Virus record (IMG/VR): IMGVR_UViG_3300028822_000274
Span: 39,714 to 103,713 of that record
DNA: 64,000 nt
DNA from: a virus
Reading direction: 5' to 3' (one strand)
Below are positions 38,806 to 46,979 of this stretch, in pieces. The position numbers and the translations under genes are program-made. The notes below the pieces were generated by a model. That model ran no database searches. It was given only the letters and a program-made list of their open reading frames with translations, and had not been told where the DNA came from. Within the stretch, counting starts at the first letter, position 1, and every line of letters starts with the position of its first letter.

Positions 38806-39837
38806 GTGACTCGCATTCTTCAATTGGCACCAGCTACGTGTGATGGCAAAGCTCCGAATGTAGACTTCATAGCCGAAGAAAAACTAGACGGACATCGTGC
38901 TTTGCTACACTTTGGGCGTGATTTAAAACGTGCATACCTAACGAGTAGACGTGTTTCGAAGAAGACGGGTCAATTTGCCGAGAACGGATTGTGCGTACCG
39001 CACATCACAGAACCCGCTCATTCGCATTCTTCTTTATCTCTCCTTGGATACACCGTCTTAGACGGTGAGATCCTTGTCCCAAACGCCACGTTCGAAGACG
39101 TACAATCCGTTCTCGGCTCTCTTCCGGAAAAAGCCATTGTATGGCAAGACAAAAATACGCGAGCAATCTATGTTGCGTATGACTGTTTGTTTTTTAACGG
39201 CTCTGATATACGTGATCGAGTATTGATAGACAGGAAATACATTATGGATGATGTCGTTAAACGATTGCACTCCTACATGTATGAAAGGTCGTATATTCGT
39301 ATTATCGAAAGCAATAGAGCCCATTCCATGGACGAAGTAAAGCCTTTCTTCGACAGGGTTGTAGACCGTGGCGGAGAAGGTCTTGTCATAAAAAACCCAT
39401 ATGCGAGATACGGTCGTGGTTGGTCGAAAATGAAATACGAGACCACGTATGATGTTGTCATAACAGGCTATGAATCTGGACAAGGCAAGTTCGAAAAACT
39501 CATAGGTGCGTTAAGGTTTGGCGCTTACGATGATGATGGGCATTTGGTTCCATTAGGTAAATGTTCTGGGATGCTGGATGGGAACGTGAGATGGGAGGGT
39601 GGCTCACCAAACAGGGTTGGCTCTTATCTGGTTTCTGAAGGCGATGAACAACCTATTGGTACGCGTGCCTGGTTTGCATCACGCAAATATGAGTTGCGCG
39701 GAATGGTAATAGAAGTGAAATGCAACGGTTTGACCAAACACGGAAAATTACGCCACCCACAATTTGTTCGTCTTAGGTCGGACAAAAACGGGGAGCAGTG
39801 TCAGCTCCCAATGAATCAAAAGAAGCGCGAGCTTTAG
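38806..39837 (+). CDS. ATP-dependent DNA ligase
   Basis: EEKLDGHR, LDGEI, YDCL, EGLVIK, W.KMK, LRHPQF.R.R.DK. Confidence 0.95.
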   Translation: MTRILQLAPATCDGKAPNVDFIAEEKLDGHRALLHFGRDLKRAYLTSRRVSKKTGQFAENGLCVPHITEPAHSHSSLSLLGYTVLDGEILVPNATFEDVQSVLGSLPEKAIVWQDKNTRAIYVAYDCLFFNGSDIRDRVLIDRKYIMDDVVKRLHSYMYERSYIRIIESNRAHSMDEVKPFFDRVVDRGGEGLVIKNPYARYGRGWSKMKYETTYDVVITGYESGQGKFEKLIGALRFGAYDDDGHLVPLGKCSGMLDGNVRWEGGSPNRVGSYLVSEGDEQPIGTRAWFASRKYELRGMVIEVKCNGLTKHGKLRHPQFVRLRSDKNGEQCQLPMNQKKREL

Positions 39838-39845
39838 GAGGTATT

Positions 39846-40988
39846 ATGGATGACCTTAGGATGGTCCCGATTGATCAATGTATTGCTCAGGATGAATTCA
39901 ACACTCGGCAACGAGGCCTCGGCGACCTGGCAGACCTGACAGAGTCGATCAAAGCAATCGGTGTGAAAGAGCCTTTGCTCGGCAAGGACAAAGAAAATAG
40001 CGCCGGTGAAGTCGAGATCTACGCTGGTTTCCGTCGTCTTGCTGCATCGAAAGATGCTGGCTTGGAAGAAGTTCCTGTCATGGTTTGCAAGCGTCGGTCT
40101 GCTTCCAGGAAGCAAATGCTCCTGGTGAACGTAACAGAGAACATCCAGCGCGAGGACCTGAACCCTGTCGACGAAGCTTACGCTCTCCAGCGTTTGCAGG
40201 TTGACCACAAAATGTCCATCGATGACATATGCGCTAGTCTTGGGGTCAAACGAACGAGGGTTCAGTCTCGCTTCAAGCTTTTGAAGCTCACTGAGATTGT
40301 TCGTGATGCAGTTCACGACGACAAGATTCCTGTTGCTGCTGCCCTGGAGATTGATAGGCTACCGGCAGATAAGCAGGCGAAGTTTGTCGACATTGCCGAA
40401 GAGCTTGGTGGCGGAAAACTCAGGGTCATGATCGACAAGGAGCTTGATAAACTCCAGCTCCAAATCGAAGGGACCGAGAAAAAGAAAAAGGACCCGCCTG
40501 ATACGTCGTCAGTCAACGAAGCTCTAAAAACAATCAAAAAGTCCTCTGCAGTTGTGGGGGAAGGGATCGGTTACGACAAGGATGCTATCGCTGCATTGAA
40601 GGCCGTGAAGTTCCGTGTTTTGGATCCTGATGACGTTGTTGTCGTAGCGAAGTTCTTCGACGATACAGCAGACCTCGTGCCTGATGAAGTGGCGATGAAC
40701 GACAAGGCACAAGAGGAGATCATCTCTGTGGTCGAGTCTTGCGGTTCTTCGATGCGGAAGATTTTCGACGTTGAAAGCCCGACGTTCAGGACATCTTTGA
40801 AGCGTGCTATTGCTGAAAGGGCTCAAGAAATCGCGCAAGAAAAGGCAGCCGAGTCGGGCAAAAGGCCAAAGGTCACATACGCCATTGCAAGGGAAGCCAT
40901 CGACGAGTTCTTCACCAGTGATGGTCTTGAAGAACAAGATGGCCCCGAGATCGACGCTGGCGAAGACACGGAAGAGAATGAGGACTGA
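39846..40988 (+). CDS. ParB/Spo0J-family protein
   Basis: L.ESIK..GV.EPL, AGFRRL.A, ENIQREDLNPVDEA, HTH region. Confidence 0.85.
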   Translation: MDDLRMVPIDQCIAQDEFNTRQRGLGDLADLTESIKAIGVKEPLLGKDKENSAGEVEIYAGFRRLAASKDAGLEEVPVMVCKRRSASRKQMLLVNVTENIQREDLNPVDEAYALQRLQVDHKMSIDDICASLGVKRTRVQSRFKLLKLTEIVRDAVHDDKIPVAAALEIDRLPADKQAKFVDIAEELGGGKLRVMIDKELDKLQLQIEGTEKKKKDPPDTSSVNEALKTIKKSSAVVGEGIGYDKDAIAALKAVKFRVLDPDDVVVVAKFFDDTADLVPDEVAMNDKAQEEIISVVESCGSSMRKIFDVESPTFRTSLKRAIAERAQEIAQEKAAESGKRPKVTYAIAREAIDEFFTSDGLEEQDGPEIDAGEDTEENED

Positions 40989-41024
40989 TTGGTTCAAGTC
41001 CAGTTCAGAATTGCATTTTGTTCT

Positions 41025-41120
41025 GGGCTCCGGAGGGTGGCGAGGGTGAGCGAACGCGCCCTTTTACCAGGCCTACACCCTGGTAACGTACCTCCGAGGC
41101 TGTAGCACTTTACGCTACGT
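41025..41120 (+). ncRNA. Putative structured RNA element upstream of tRNA-like element
   Basis: Stems CGGAGG/CCTCCG, AGGGTG/CGCCCT, TTACCAGG/CCTGGTAA (3-way junction) and GTAGC/GCTAC hairpin. Confidence 0.4.
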
Positions 41121-41214
41121 TGGGCTACCCTGGTGGGACTAAAGGGCTTCGACTTGATATTTGGACCCGAACCCCCAAAACCTTTTTTCGCAGGTTCGAT
41201 TCCTGCTGGCCCAA
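41121..41214 (+). tRNA. tRNA-like element / atypical or pseudo-tRNA (possibly Ser-TGA derived)
   Basis: 7-bp acceptor TGGGCTA/TGGCCCA, canonical T-arm GCAGG-TTCGATT-CCTGC, D-like CCCT/AGGG; anticodon arm weak with 8-nt loop CTTGATAT; no encoded CCA. Confidence 0.5.
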
Positions 41215-41225
41215 AAGGAGGCAAC

Positions 41226-41408
41226 ATGTTTGACATCGATCCGATTCTGTTTTTGTTCCTTCTAGGGGTTGTTCGAAAAACAGGTAGTGGTTGGGCGGTT
41301 TTTTCCAAAGAAGGTAAAAAACTAAGCAAGGAATACAAGACCAAAAAAGAAGCAAAAGAACGACTGAGGGAAATAGAATATTTCAAGCATAAAAAAGGAA
41401 ACCGATGA
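41226..41408 (+). CDS. Small basic phage protein
   Basis: AGGAGG RBS; RK.G..W.V.S..GKKL...YKTK.EA..RL.EIEYFKH. Confidence 0.7.
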   Translation: MFDIDPILFLFLLGVVRKTGSGWAVFSKEGKKLSKEYKTKKEAKERLREIEYFKHKKGNR

Positions 41409-41593
41409 AAAACAGCTTACGCCCCTTGGAATTCATGAGTGGGCCATATTCTGTTTATCAGGATAAGACCTGTCCTTTTTGTGGTGATGATTCTGCTTTT
41501 TTCATAGTTGACTCTTTTGGTGTTGTTGTAGAAATCATCTGCGAATTCTGCGGATACGAAAAAGACATGACAGAAGACATAACATTGAATTAG
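41405..41593 (+). CDS. Small Zn-ribbon protein
   Basis: CPFCG...CEFCG; ATGA overlap. Confidence 0.6.
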   Translation: MKNSLRPLEFMSGPYSVYQDKTCPFCGDDSAFFIVDSFGVVVEIICEFCGYEKDMTEDITLN

Positions 41594-41601
41594 GAGACAC
41601 A

Positions 41602-42528
41602 ATGTCTTTAGCAGATTTAGTACAAAAAGTTCACGGGCAATCAAAACTAAGCGCTTTGATAGATCAGTTTTTGGAGCAGTCACCTGGTGATTACCGTGAA
41701 CCCGGTTGGCATCCATCCGAGTTCTGTGGGATGTGCCCCAGGAAGTTCATTCTGAACAGATTGGTCGGCCCAGAGAAGTCAAAAAAACCAAGTCCTTCAC
41801 TCCAGAGAATTTTCGATGTTGGCACAGCTCTTCATGCTTGGTATCAGAACAGGTATCTAGGACCTATGGGGATCCTCTGGGGGAAGTGGAGATGTGAGAA
41901 ATGCGGATATATCACATGGGGCTACATGCCGTCGTCTGTTTCTTGTGGTGGCTGCGGTCAAAAACCCCTGTGGGACTATCGGGAAGTTCCAGTAAAAGCG
42001 AATCTACCTGGACGTGTTGGCCATCCTATTGTCGGCCACAGCGACGGGATAGTTAAGATCGGGACGAAGCATTTCTTGTTCGAGTTCAAGACCATCAATG
42101 ATGGTGGGTTTACCTGGCAGAAAAAAGCAAAGGATGCCCACGTTGCCCAGGCAAGGATTTATGCCGAGCTTGTTCGTCAAGGACATGTCCGTTTTGATGA
42201 AAAGCACAAAGGAGCAGTTGAAGTACCCAAGCTCCATGGGATCATGATCGTCTACGCTAACAAGAATGGAAGTCCCTCTGGGAACCCTGTTGAGCGCGAA
42301 TACCTGATTGAGTTCGATGAGGAGTTTTCGAGATCTCAGTTGAAGAAGCCCTACATTGTTGAAATTGCTATTCGCAATCAGAAACTACCTGATCGAATGT
42401 CTGAATGTGTGAGTTCGCTGAAAAAACCGGCGAAGCTTTGTCCTATGAACAGCTATTGTTTTGGAGGCAAGAACTTCAAACAATTGGCAGAAATGAGCGG
42501 ACGATGTCTGACGACAGCAATACCCTGA
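41602..42528 (+). CDS. Cas4-like PD-(D/E)XK exonuclease
   Basis: HPS..C..CPR, GTALH, GH.DG, EFKT, Q...Y, C-terminal C..C.....C Fe-S pattern. Confidence 0.85.
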   Translation: MSLADLVQKVHGQSKLSALIDQFLEQSPGDYREPGWHPSEFCGMCPRKFILNRLVGPEKSKKPSPSLQRIFDVGTALHAWYQNRYLGPMGILWGKWRCEKCGYITWGYMPSSVSCGGCGQKPLWDYREVPVKANLPGRVGHPIVGHSDGIVKIGTKHFLFEFKTINDGGFTWQKKAKDAHVAQARIYAELVRQGHVRFDEKHKGAVEVPKLHGIMIVYANKNGSPSGNPVEREYLIEFDEEFSRSQLKKPYIVEIAIRNQKLPDRMSECVSSLKKPAKLCPMNSYCFGGKNFKQLAEMSGRCLTTAIP

Positions 42529-42980
42529 TACGGGCAGAAAATTCGGTCAAAGAACTTGGTATGCCGATACCAAAAAAGCCGTACAACGTGACTCTCCACG
42601 AATTGACGTGGCCTGAAAACATCGCAGATCTCAGTACGACAGAACTTGCTGAGCACCTGACTTATTGGTCTGCTTGGTCTGGATATACCAGGTTTCACTT
42701 GGCCAGGGCTGAGACAAACCACGAAGCCTTTGCGACGAAGTATCGAATTGAGATGCAGGTTAAAATAATGAAGAGCAAGGGTGACCACAAGACCGTTACC
42801 GAGTTGAAAGCCTCTGTTGCTCAGCTTCCCGAAATGCAAAAGCTTGAAGCACAAATGCTCAAAGCTGAGGCAGAGAAAAAGATCCTCAAGGCTCTACTCG
42901 AAAACTACGAGGGCAAGTACAAGACAGTGAGCCGAGAAGTGACGAGAAGATCTGCTGATTTCGATGAAGACGGGAGGTGA
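42504..42980 (+). CDS. Helical protein, possible UvsY-like recombination mediator
   Basis: Long coiled coil ending SREVTRR; recombination context. Confidence 0.5.
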   Translation: MSDDSNTLIRAENSVKELGMPIPKKPYNVTLHELTWPENIADLSTTELAEHLTYWSAWSGYTRFHLARAETNHEAFATKYRIEMQVKIMKSKGDHKTVTELKASVAQLPEMQKLEAQMLKAEAEKKILKALLENYEGKYKTVSREVTRRSADFDEDGR

Positions 42981-42983
42981 GCC

Positions 42984-43532
42984 GTGTGTGATAGATGTGT
43001 GATAGGCATTGATCCTTCACTTACTGGTTTTGCCCTGGTTGCTCTTTATGAGAATGGGCAGTCAAAGGAACTCGAGTTTGGCTCCCCTCCTGCTAAGTCT
43101 CTTCATGCTCGAATCGATCGTTACAAGAAAATGGCTGATAAAGCAGAAGCATTCATAAAGGAGCATATTCCTGAACTATGCTTGATAGAAGGTTATGCCT
43201 TCGCAGCCAAAGGCAAGTCTGTCATAACACTAGGAGAGTTTGGTGGTGTTATCAGAGATAGAATTGTTGGTCTCGCAGATTCAACAGTAGAGATTGCTCC
43301 TACTATGCTTAAGCGTTTTTTGACCGGAAGAGGTAACGCTAGCAAAATGGATGTTGTTCAGAAGCTTGCGAGGAAACTTGATAGAAATTTTCCATCTGAC
43401 AACATAGCTGATGGTTTCGGGCTAGCTCTTTTGGGCGCAGCCGTGTTAGAATTCCGTGGACATAGATTGTTGACACAGTACGAGAAAGACGCTGTGAGCT
43501 TGGCAAGCAGGCAGATACAACAGGAGCAATAG
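42984..43532 (+). CDS. RuvC-like Holliday junction resolvase
   Basis: VIGIDPSLTG, IEGY, LGE.GG, P..LK.F.TG.GNA.K, DNIAD. Confidence 0.9.
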   Translation: MCDRCVIGIDPSLTGFALVALYENGQSKELEFGSPPAKSLHARIDRYKKMADKAEAFIKEHIPELCLIEGYAFAAKGKSVITLGEFGGVIRDRIVGLADSTVEIAPTMLKRFLTGRGNASKMDVVQKLARKLDRNFPSDNIADGFGLALLGAAVLEFRGHRLLTQYEKDAVSLASRQIQQEQ

Positions 43533-43533
43533 G

Positions 43534-43836
43534 ATGTCGCTTACCTACAAAGAGGAACTGATTGAGACAAATTCTGGCATAGAACTTAAAGTCGCTTCTA
43601 GGACTGAAGCGGCAAAAGCTGCCGGAGCGATTGTCAAAAATTTCAGTGAAGGTCGCAAAGTCACACTGATTGCCATGGGTGCAGGAGCAGTCAACCAGGC
43701 AGTGAAAGCGATCTGTATTGCCAGGGGTATGGCAGCTCCTCACGGGCACAACCTTGCGACCATACCTGCTTTTGTCGACGAGATGGTCGACGGAGTAAGC
43801 AAGACAGCCATACGGTTTATCATTTTCAATAGATAG
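43534..43836 (+). CDS. spoVS: SpoVS (Alba-like nucleic-acid-binding) protein
   Basis: LKVAS...AGAI, GAGAVNQAVKAI.IARG..AP.G..L..IPAF, TAI. Confidence 0.9.
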   Translation: MSLTYKEELIETNSGIELKVASRTEAAKAAGAIVKNFSEGRKVTLIAMGAGAVNQAVKAICIARGMAAPHGHNLATIPAFVDEMVDGVSKTAIRFIIFNR

Positions 43837-43847
43837 TAAGGTGAACC

Positions 43848-44258
43848 ATGCATACCATCGGTGTTTCAGTTGAGTTTGACTCAGCTCACAGGTTATTTCC
43901 GTATGAAGGCAAATGCTCAAACATTCATGGACATAGATATAAATTAGAAGTGGCATTCGTAGGAGACACCTCTTCTAATGCAATGGTTATTGATTTTGGT
44001 GTCGTGAAAGATGGCCTTAAAAGAATAATTGAAGAAAAATTGGACCACAAGCTGATCCTCAGTATTGCAGATCCAATAAAAGATGCGCTAGCAACATACG
44101 ATGTCAGCATGTTGTTGTTGCCGGATAGTCCAACAGCAGAGTCTTTGGTATCTTACATCCATCTATTACTCAGTAAAGAATTCCTGAGTTATTGGCCGGA
44201 GATAAAAATATCATACATTAGATTGTATGAAACTCCGACATGCTACGCTGAGATTTGA
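43848..44258 (+). CDS. queD: 6-carboxytetrahydropterin synthase
   Basis: FDSAHRL...GKC.NIHGH.Y, DF, LDH, PTAE, YET. Confidence 0.95.
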   Translation: MHTIGVSVEFDSAHRLFPYEGKCSNIHGHRYKLEVAFVGDTSSNAMVIDFGVVKDGLKRIIEEKLDHKLILSIADPIKDALATYDVSMLLLPDSPTAESLVSYIHLLLSKEFLSYWPEIKISYIRLYETPTCYAEI

Positions 44259-44953
44259 ATATGTTCACGGTGAATGAAATATTTGCTTCAATTCAGGGTG
44301 AAGGACCGCGCATAGGCATTCCTGCTGTATTCATTCGTTTCTCAGGTTGCAATCTCAGTTGTGATTTTTGCGATACGGAGCATGAACAAAAAGAAGATCA
44401 CGATGTTGATTCCATAGTTGCGACTGCTAAACAGCTGGCAGGGTCTATGAGAGGATTGGATTGTGTTCTAACTGGGGGAGAGCCTCTTCTCCAGGTTACG
44501 GGAGCACTGTGCTCAAAGCTAAATGATGCTGGTTTCACTGTTACTTTAGAGACAAATGCTTCTGAAGAACTGACAAAAGATACTGAATCTTTGTATAGAG
44601 TTAATAATGTTATTTACAATTGTGACTATGTTGTTTCATCCCCAAAGAACTGTGATTACAGCAATTGGATATTGAGAAACTCCGATTGTCTAAAATTGAT
44701 TTTTCCGATGCTTTTTTACTCTAACGAAGGCGTATTATCTGATATGGTTTCACATATAAACATCAAAACTTTAGATTCAAACAGATTAGTACTACAACCA
44801 ATGACTGTTTTAAACGAAGACTGTTTGCTGGAAAAAGATCTGTATGAAACGATTTGCAAGTACGCTTGTGAGTTTGCGTCTGTTAGAAATGAGAATTTCA
44901 GAGAAAACTGGCGCGTAATACCACAGGCCCATGTATTCATGGGCCTAAGATGA
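44255..44953 (+). CDS. queE: 7-carboxy-7-deazaguanine synthase (radical SAM)
   Basis: EIF.SIQGEG..IG.PAVFIRF.GCNL.C.FCDT, TGGEP, ETN, LQP, Q.H; alternative ATG 44261. Confidence 0.95.
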   Translation: MNMFTVNEIFASIQGEGPRIGIPAVFIRFSGCNLSCDFCDTEHEQKEDHDVDSIVATAKQLAGSMRGLDCVLTGGEPLLQVTGALCSKLNDAGFTVTLETNASEELTKDTESLYRVNNVIYNCDYVVSSPKNCDYSNWILRNSDCLKLIFPMLFYSNEGVLSDMVSHINIKTLDSNRLVLQPMTVLNEDCLLEKDLYETICKYACEFASVRNENFRENWRVIPQAHVFMGLR

Positions 44954-45312
44954 AGGAGTCAAAAATGACAGAGTATCGCGAAGGAAACGAAGGCGTCGCC
45001 CAGCTCAGAAGCAAGAAAGAAGACCAGCCGGAAGGTGAGCAGGCTGAGAATGAAGGCAACACGCAGGAGATGCACGAAACCGCTGTCCTGTTGGTTCTGA
45101 CCTCTGATGGGAGGCTCGAAGCAGCTACCCAATTGCCCAGCATCCCGATGCGTAGGCAGGCGACTCTGAGGGACGTCAGGGATATTTGTCATGCCATGTA
45201 CAGTGATATTCAGGTTACGCTGGTAGGGAAAGCTTCTGCACATGAGTCTTCTGCGGCAATCCAGAGGACCTTGGCTCAAAGCCAGATCAAAAACATGCAA
45301 AAAAAGATCTAG
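44950..45312 (+). CDS. Hypothetical protein inside deazaguanine operon
   Basis: ATGA-coupled to queE (alternative start about 44965 after AGGAG). Confidence 0.65.
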   Translation: MKESKMTEYREGNEGVAQLRSKKEDQPEGEQAENEGNTQEMHETAVLLVLTSDGRLEAATQLPSIPMRRQATLRDVRDICHAMYSDIQVTLVGKASAHESSAAIQRTLAQSQIKNMQKKI

Positions 45313-45320
45313 AGGTAGTT

Positions 45321-45890
45321 ATGTTGTGTGAATCTGAGGTGGTTTCGTTTGGAGAAATGAAGGCTGCTGTGAGAACAATACTGAAAGGCATAGGCGAGGA
45401 CGATACGAGAGAAGGGTTGCTTGACACCCCATCGCGCGTTGCCAGGATGTACTTCGAGCTGACAAAGGGACTCAGAACGGAGCCACCTCAGATTACGGCT
45501 TTTTCCAGCGATTCAGTTGACCAGTTGGTTACTTTACTTGATGTCGATTATTCATCTCTTTGCGAACATCATCTCGTTCCTTTCTATGGTAAAGCACACA
45601 TAGGCTATCTCCCAGGAGACAAGCTCATGGGCCTCTCAAAGTTTGCACGTGTTTTGGATTGGTTTGCAGCCAGGCCTCAAATTCAAGAAAGGCTCACATC
45701 TGAAGTTGCTGACTACATAATGGAGAACCTTGAACCCGTTGGTGTTATCATTTTGATAGAAGGTACTCATACATGTATGTCGATTCGCGGCGTGAAAAAA
45801 CCAAATCATGTCACAGTGACGAGTGCAATTAGAGGTGATGTTCCAAGAGATGAGTTCTTCGACATACTAAACTCGAACAGGGATAGGTAA
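45321..45890 (+). CDS. folE: GTP cyclohydrolase I
   Basis: REGL.DTP.RVA, SLCEHHL.PF.G, GLSK.AR, QERLT, H.CM..RG. Confidence 0.97.
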   Translation: MLCESEVVSFGEMKAAVRTILKGIGEDDTREGLLDTPSRVARMYFELTKGLRTEPPQITAFSSDSVDQLVTLLDVDYSSLCEHHLVPFYGKAHIGYLPGDKLMGLSKFARVLDWFAARPQIQERLTSEVADYIMENLEPVGVIILIEGTHTCMSIRGVKKPNHVTVTSAIRGDVPRDEFFDILNSNRDR

Positions 45891-46270
45891 TGAGCAAGCT
45901 CAGAATTTGTTTTGATATAGATGGAGTTATTGCTACTGGAACAATAGATGGTGTCTATTCAGATGCTGCTGGCTGGAATTTCAATAAGTGTGACCCGATA
46001 CCGGAAACAGTAGATTTGATAAAAAGGCTCAAAGATCATGGGTGCGAGATCTTTTTGAACACTGCGAGGTTTGATGAAGATAGGGGTGTGACAGAAGAAT
46101 GGCTAAAAAAGCATGCGATCCCTTATGATCGGTTGTTAATGGGTAAACCTCATGCTGATCTCTACATAGATGACAAGAATTACCCCCAACCGTTTTGCCC
46201 TACAGATGCAGCACATTTCGGTGCTATTATAGAGGAGGCGATGTCACATGCCGGTAGGAGATTCGACTAG
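45890..46270 (+). CDS. Capless HAD phosphatase (capsule-biosynthesis phosphatase-like)
   Basis: FDIDG, TAR, T.EWL.KH.IPYD.L.MGKP..D.YIDDK. Confidence 0.85.
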   Translation: MSKLRICFDIDGVIATGTIDGVYSDAAGWNFNKCDPIPETVDLIKRLKDHGCEIFLNTARFDEDRGVTEEWLKKHAIPYDRLLMGKPHADLYIDDKNYPQPFCPTDAAHFGAIIEEAMSHAGRRFD

Positions 46271-46979
46271 ATACCATGTTGTTTTGAACAGTGGTGGCCC
46301 GGATTCTCTGATAACTTATTTTGCTCTTTGCAGGGCTTTTCCAGGTGACATCGTTGCTTCTGTTTATTTTGACCTGGGTCACAGGTACGCTCTTGAAGAG
46401 AAGCTGGCCGCAGCAATGACAGTACCTGATACACTCATGCTTGAGCCACTTCGTGGCCTTGGCGAGTGGGAGGAAGAGGATGCACATATCCACCTCAGGA
46501 ATGTATTTCTCATTCTTGCTGCCACTAAGCTGTTCAATGAGAACACGACTATCTATCTGTCTGTCCAGAAGGATGAGATGGATATTCCTGATAGGAAGCC
46601 CTTGACTCTAGCTTCAATAAATAGCCTTCTCACTGTTTTGGGGATTGATGCTTCAGTTAAGTCTCTGTGGAACCACAAAGACAAGACAGACATGGTCAAG
46701 CAATATGTAGAAATGGGTGGGTGCAAGAAGAAGCTGTACTCTACTTGGTCCTGCTATAATCCAACTCGGATGTATAGCAACCGCAGGGTAGTTCATTGCG
46801 GTGATTGCCCGGCATGCATACGAAGACACATTGCTTTTGTTCTTGGCTCTGGCGAAGACAGAACTTTGTACAAAAATGATCCCGAAAAGAGCGATACTGC
46901 CGAAAAATATGAATACCGAGCAAAATGTGGTGTTTATAGTGAAGACAGGTGTAAAAGGATTTTGTCGGTGATCAAATGA
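46248..46979 (+). CDS. queC: 7-cyano-7-deazaguanine (preQ0) synthase
   Basis: SGGPDS PP-loop, RN..L, TWSCY, CG.C.AC.RR; no glutamine amidotransferase domain. Confidence 0.9.
   Translation: MPVGDSTRYHVVLNSGGPDSLITYFALCRAFPGDIVASVYFDLGHRYALEEKLAAAMTVPDTLMLEPLRGLGEWEEEDAHIHLRNVFLILAATKLFNENTTIYLSVQKDEMDIPDRKPLTLASINSLLTVLGIDASVKSLWNHKDKTDMVKQYVEMGGCKKKLYSTWSCYNPTRMYSNRRVVHCGDCPACIRRHIAFVLGSGEDRTLYKNDPEKSDTAEKYEYRAKCGVYSEDRCKRILSVIK

Noticed and set aside
41134-41214. tmRNA (GGGACTAAAGGGCTTCGAC resembles a tmRNA 5' end)
   Set aside because: Far too short, no tag reading frame, and the better acceptor pairing uses TGGGCTA at 41121
41133-41225. N-terminal extension of ORF 41133..41408
   Set aside because: Overlaps the tRNA-like element; the AGGAGG RBS points to ATG 41226
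41602-42528. Cas4-like gene as part of a CRISPR-Cas locus
   Set aside because: Solo Cas4-like nucleases are common in phage recombination modules; no other cas genes or array
43848-46979. Auxiliary queuosine-tRNA or folate biosynthesis genes
   Set aside because: No queF/queA/queG or folB/K/P; a DpdA-like gene closes the operon, favouring DNA modification (tRNA targeting not formally excluded)
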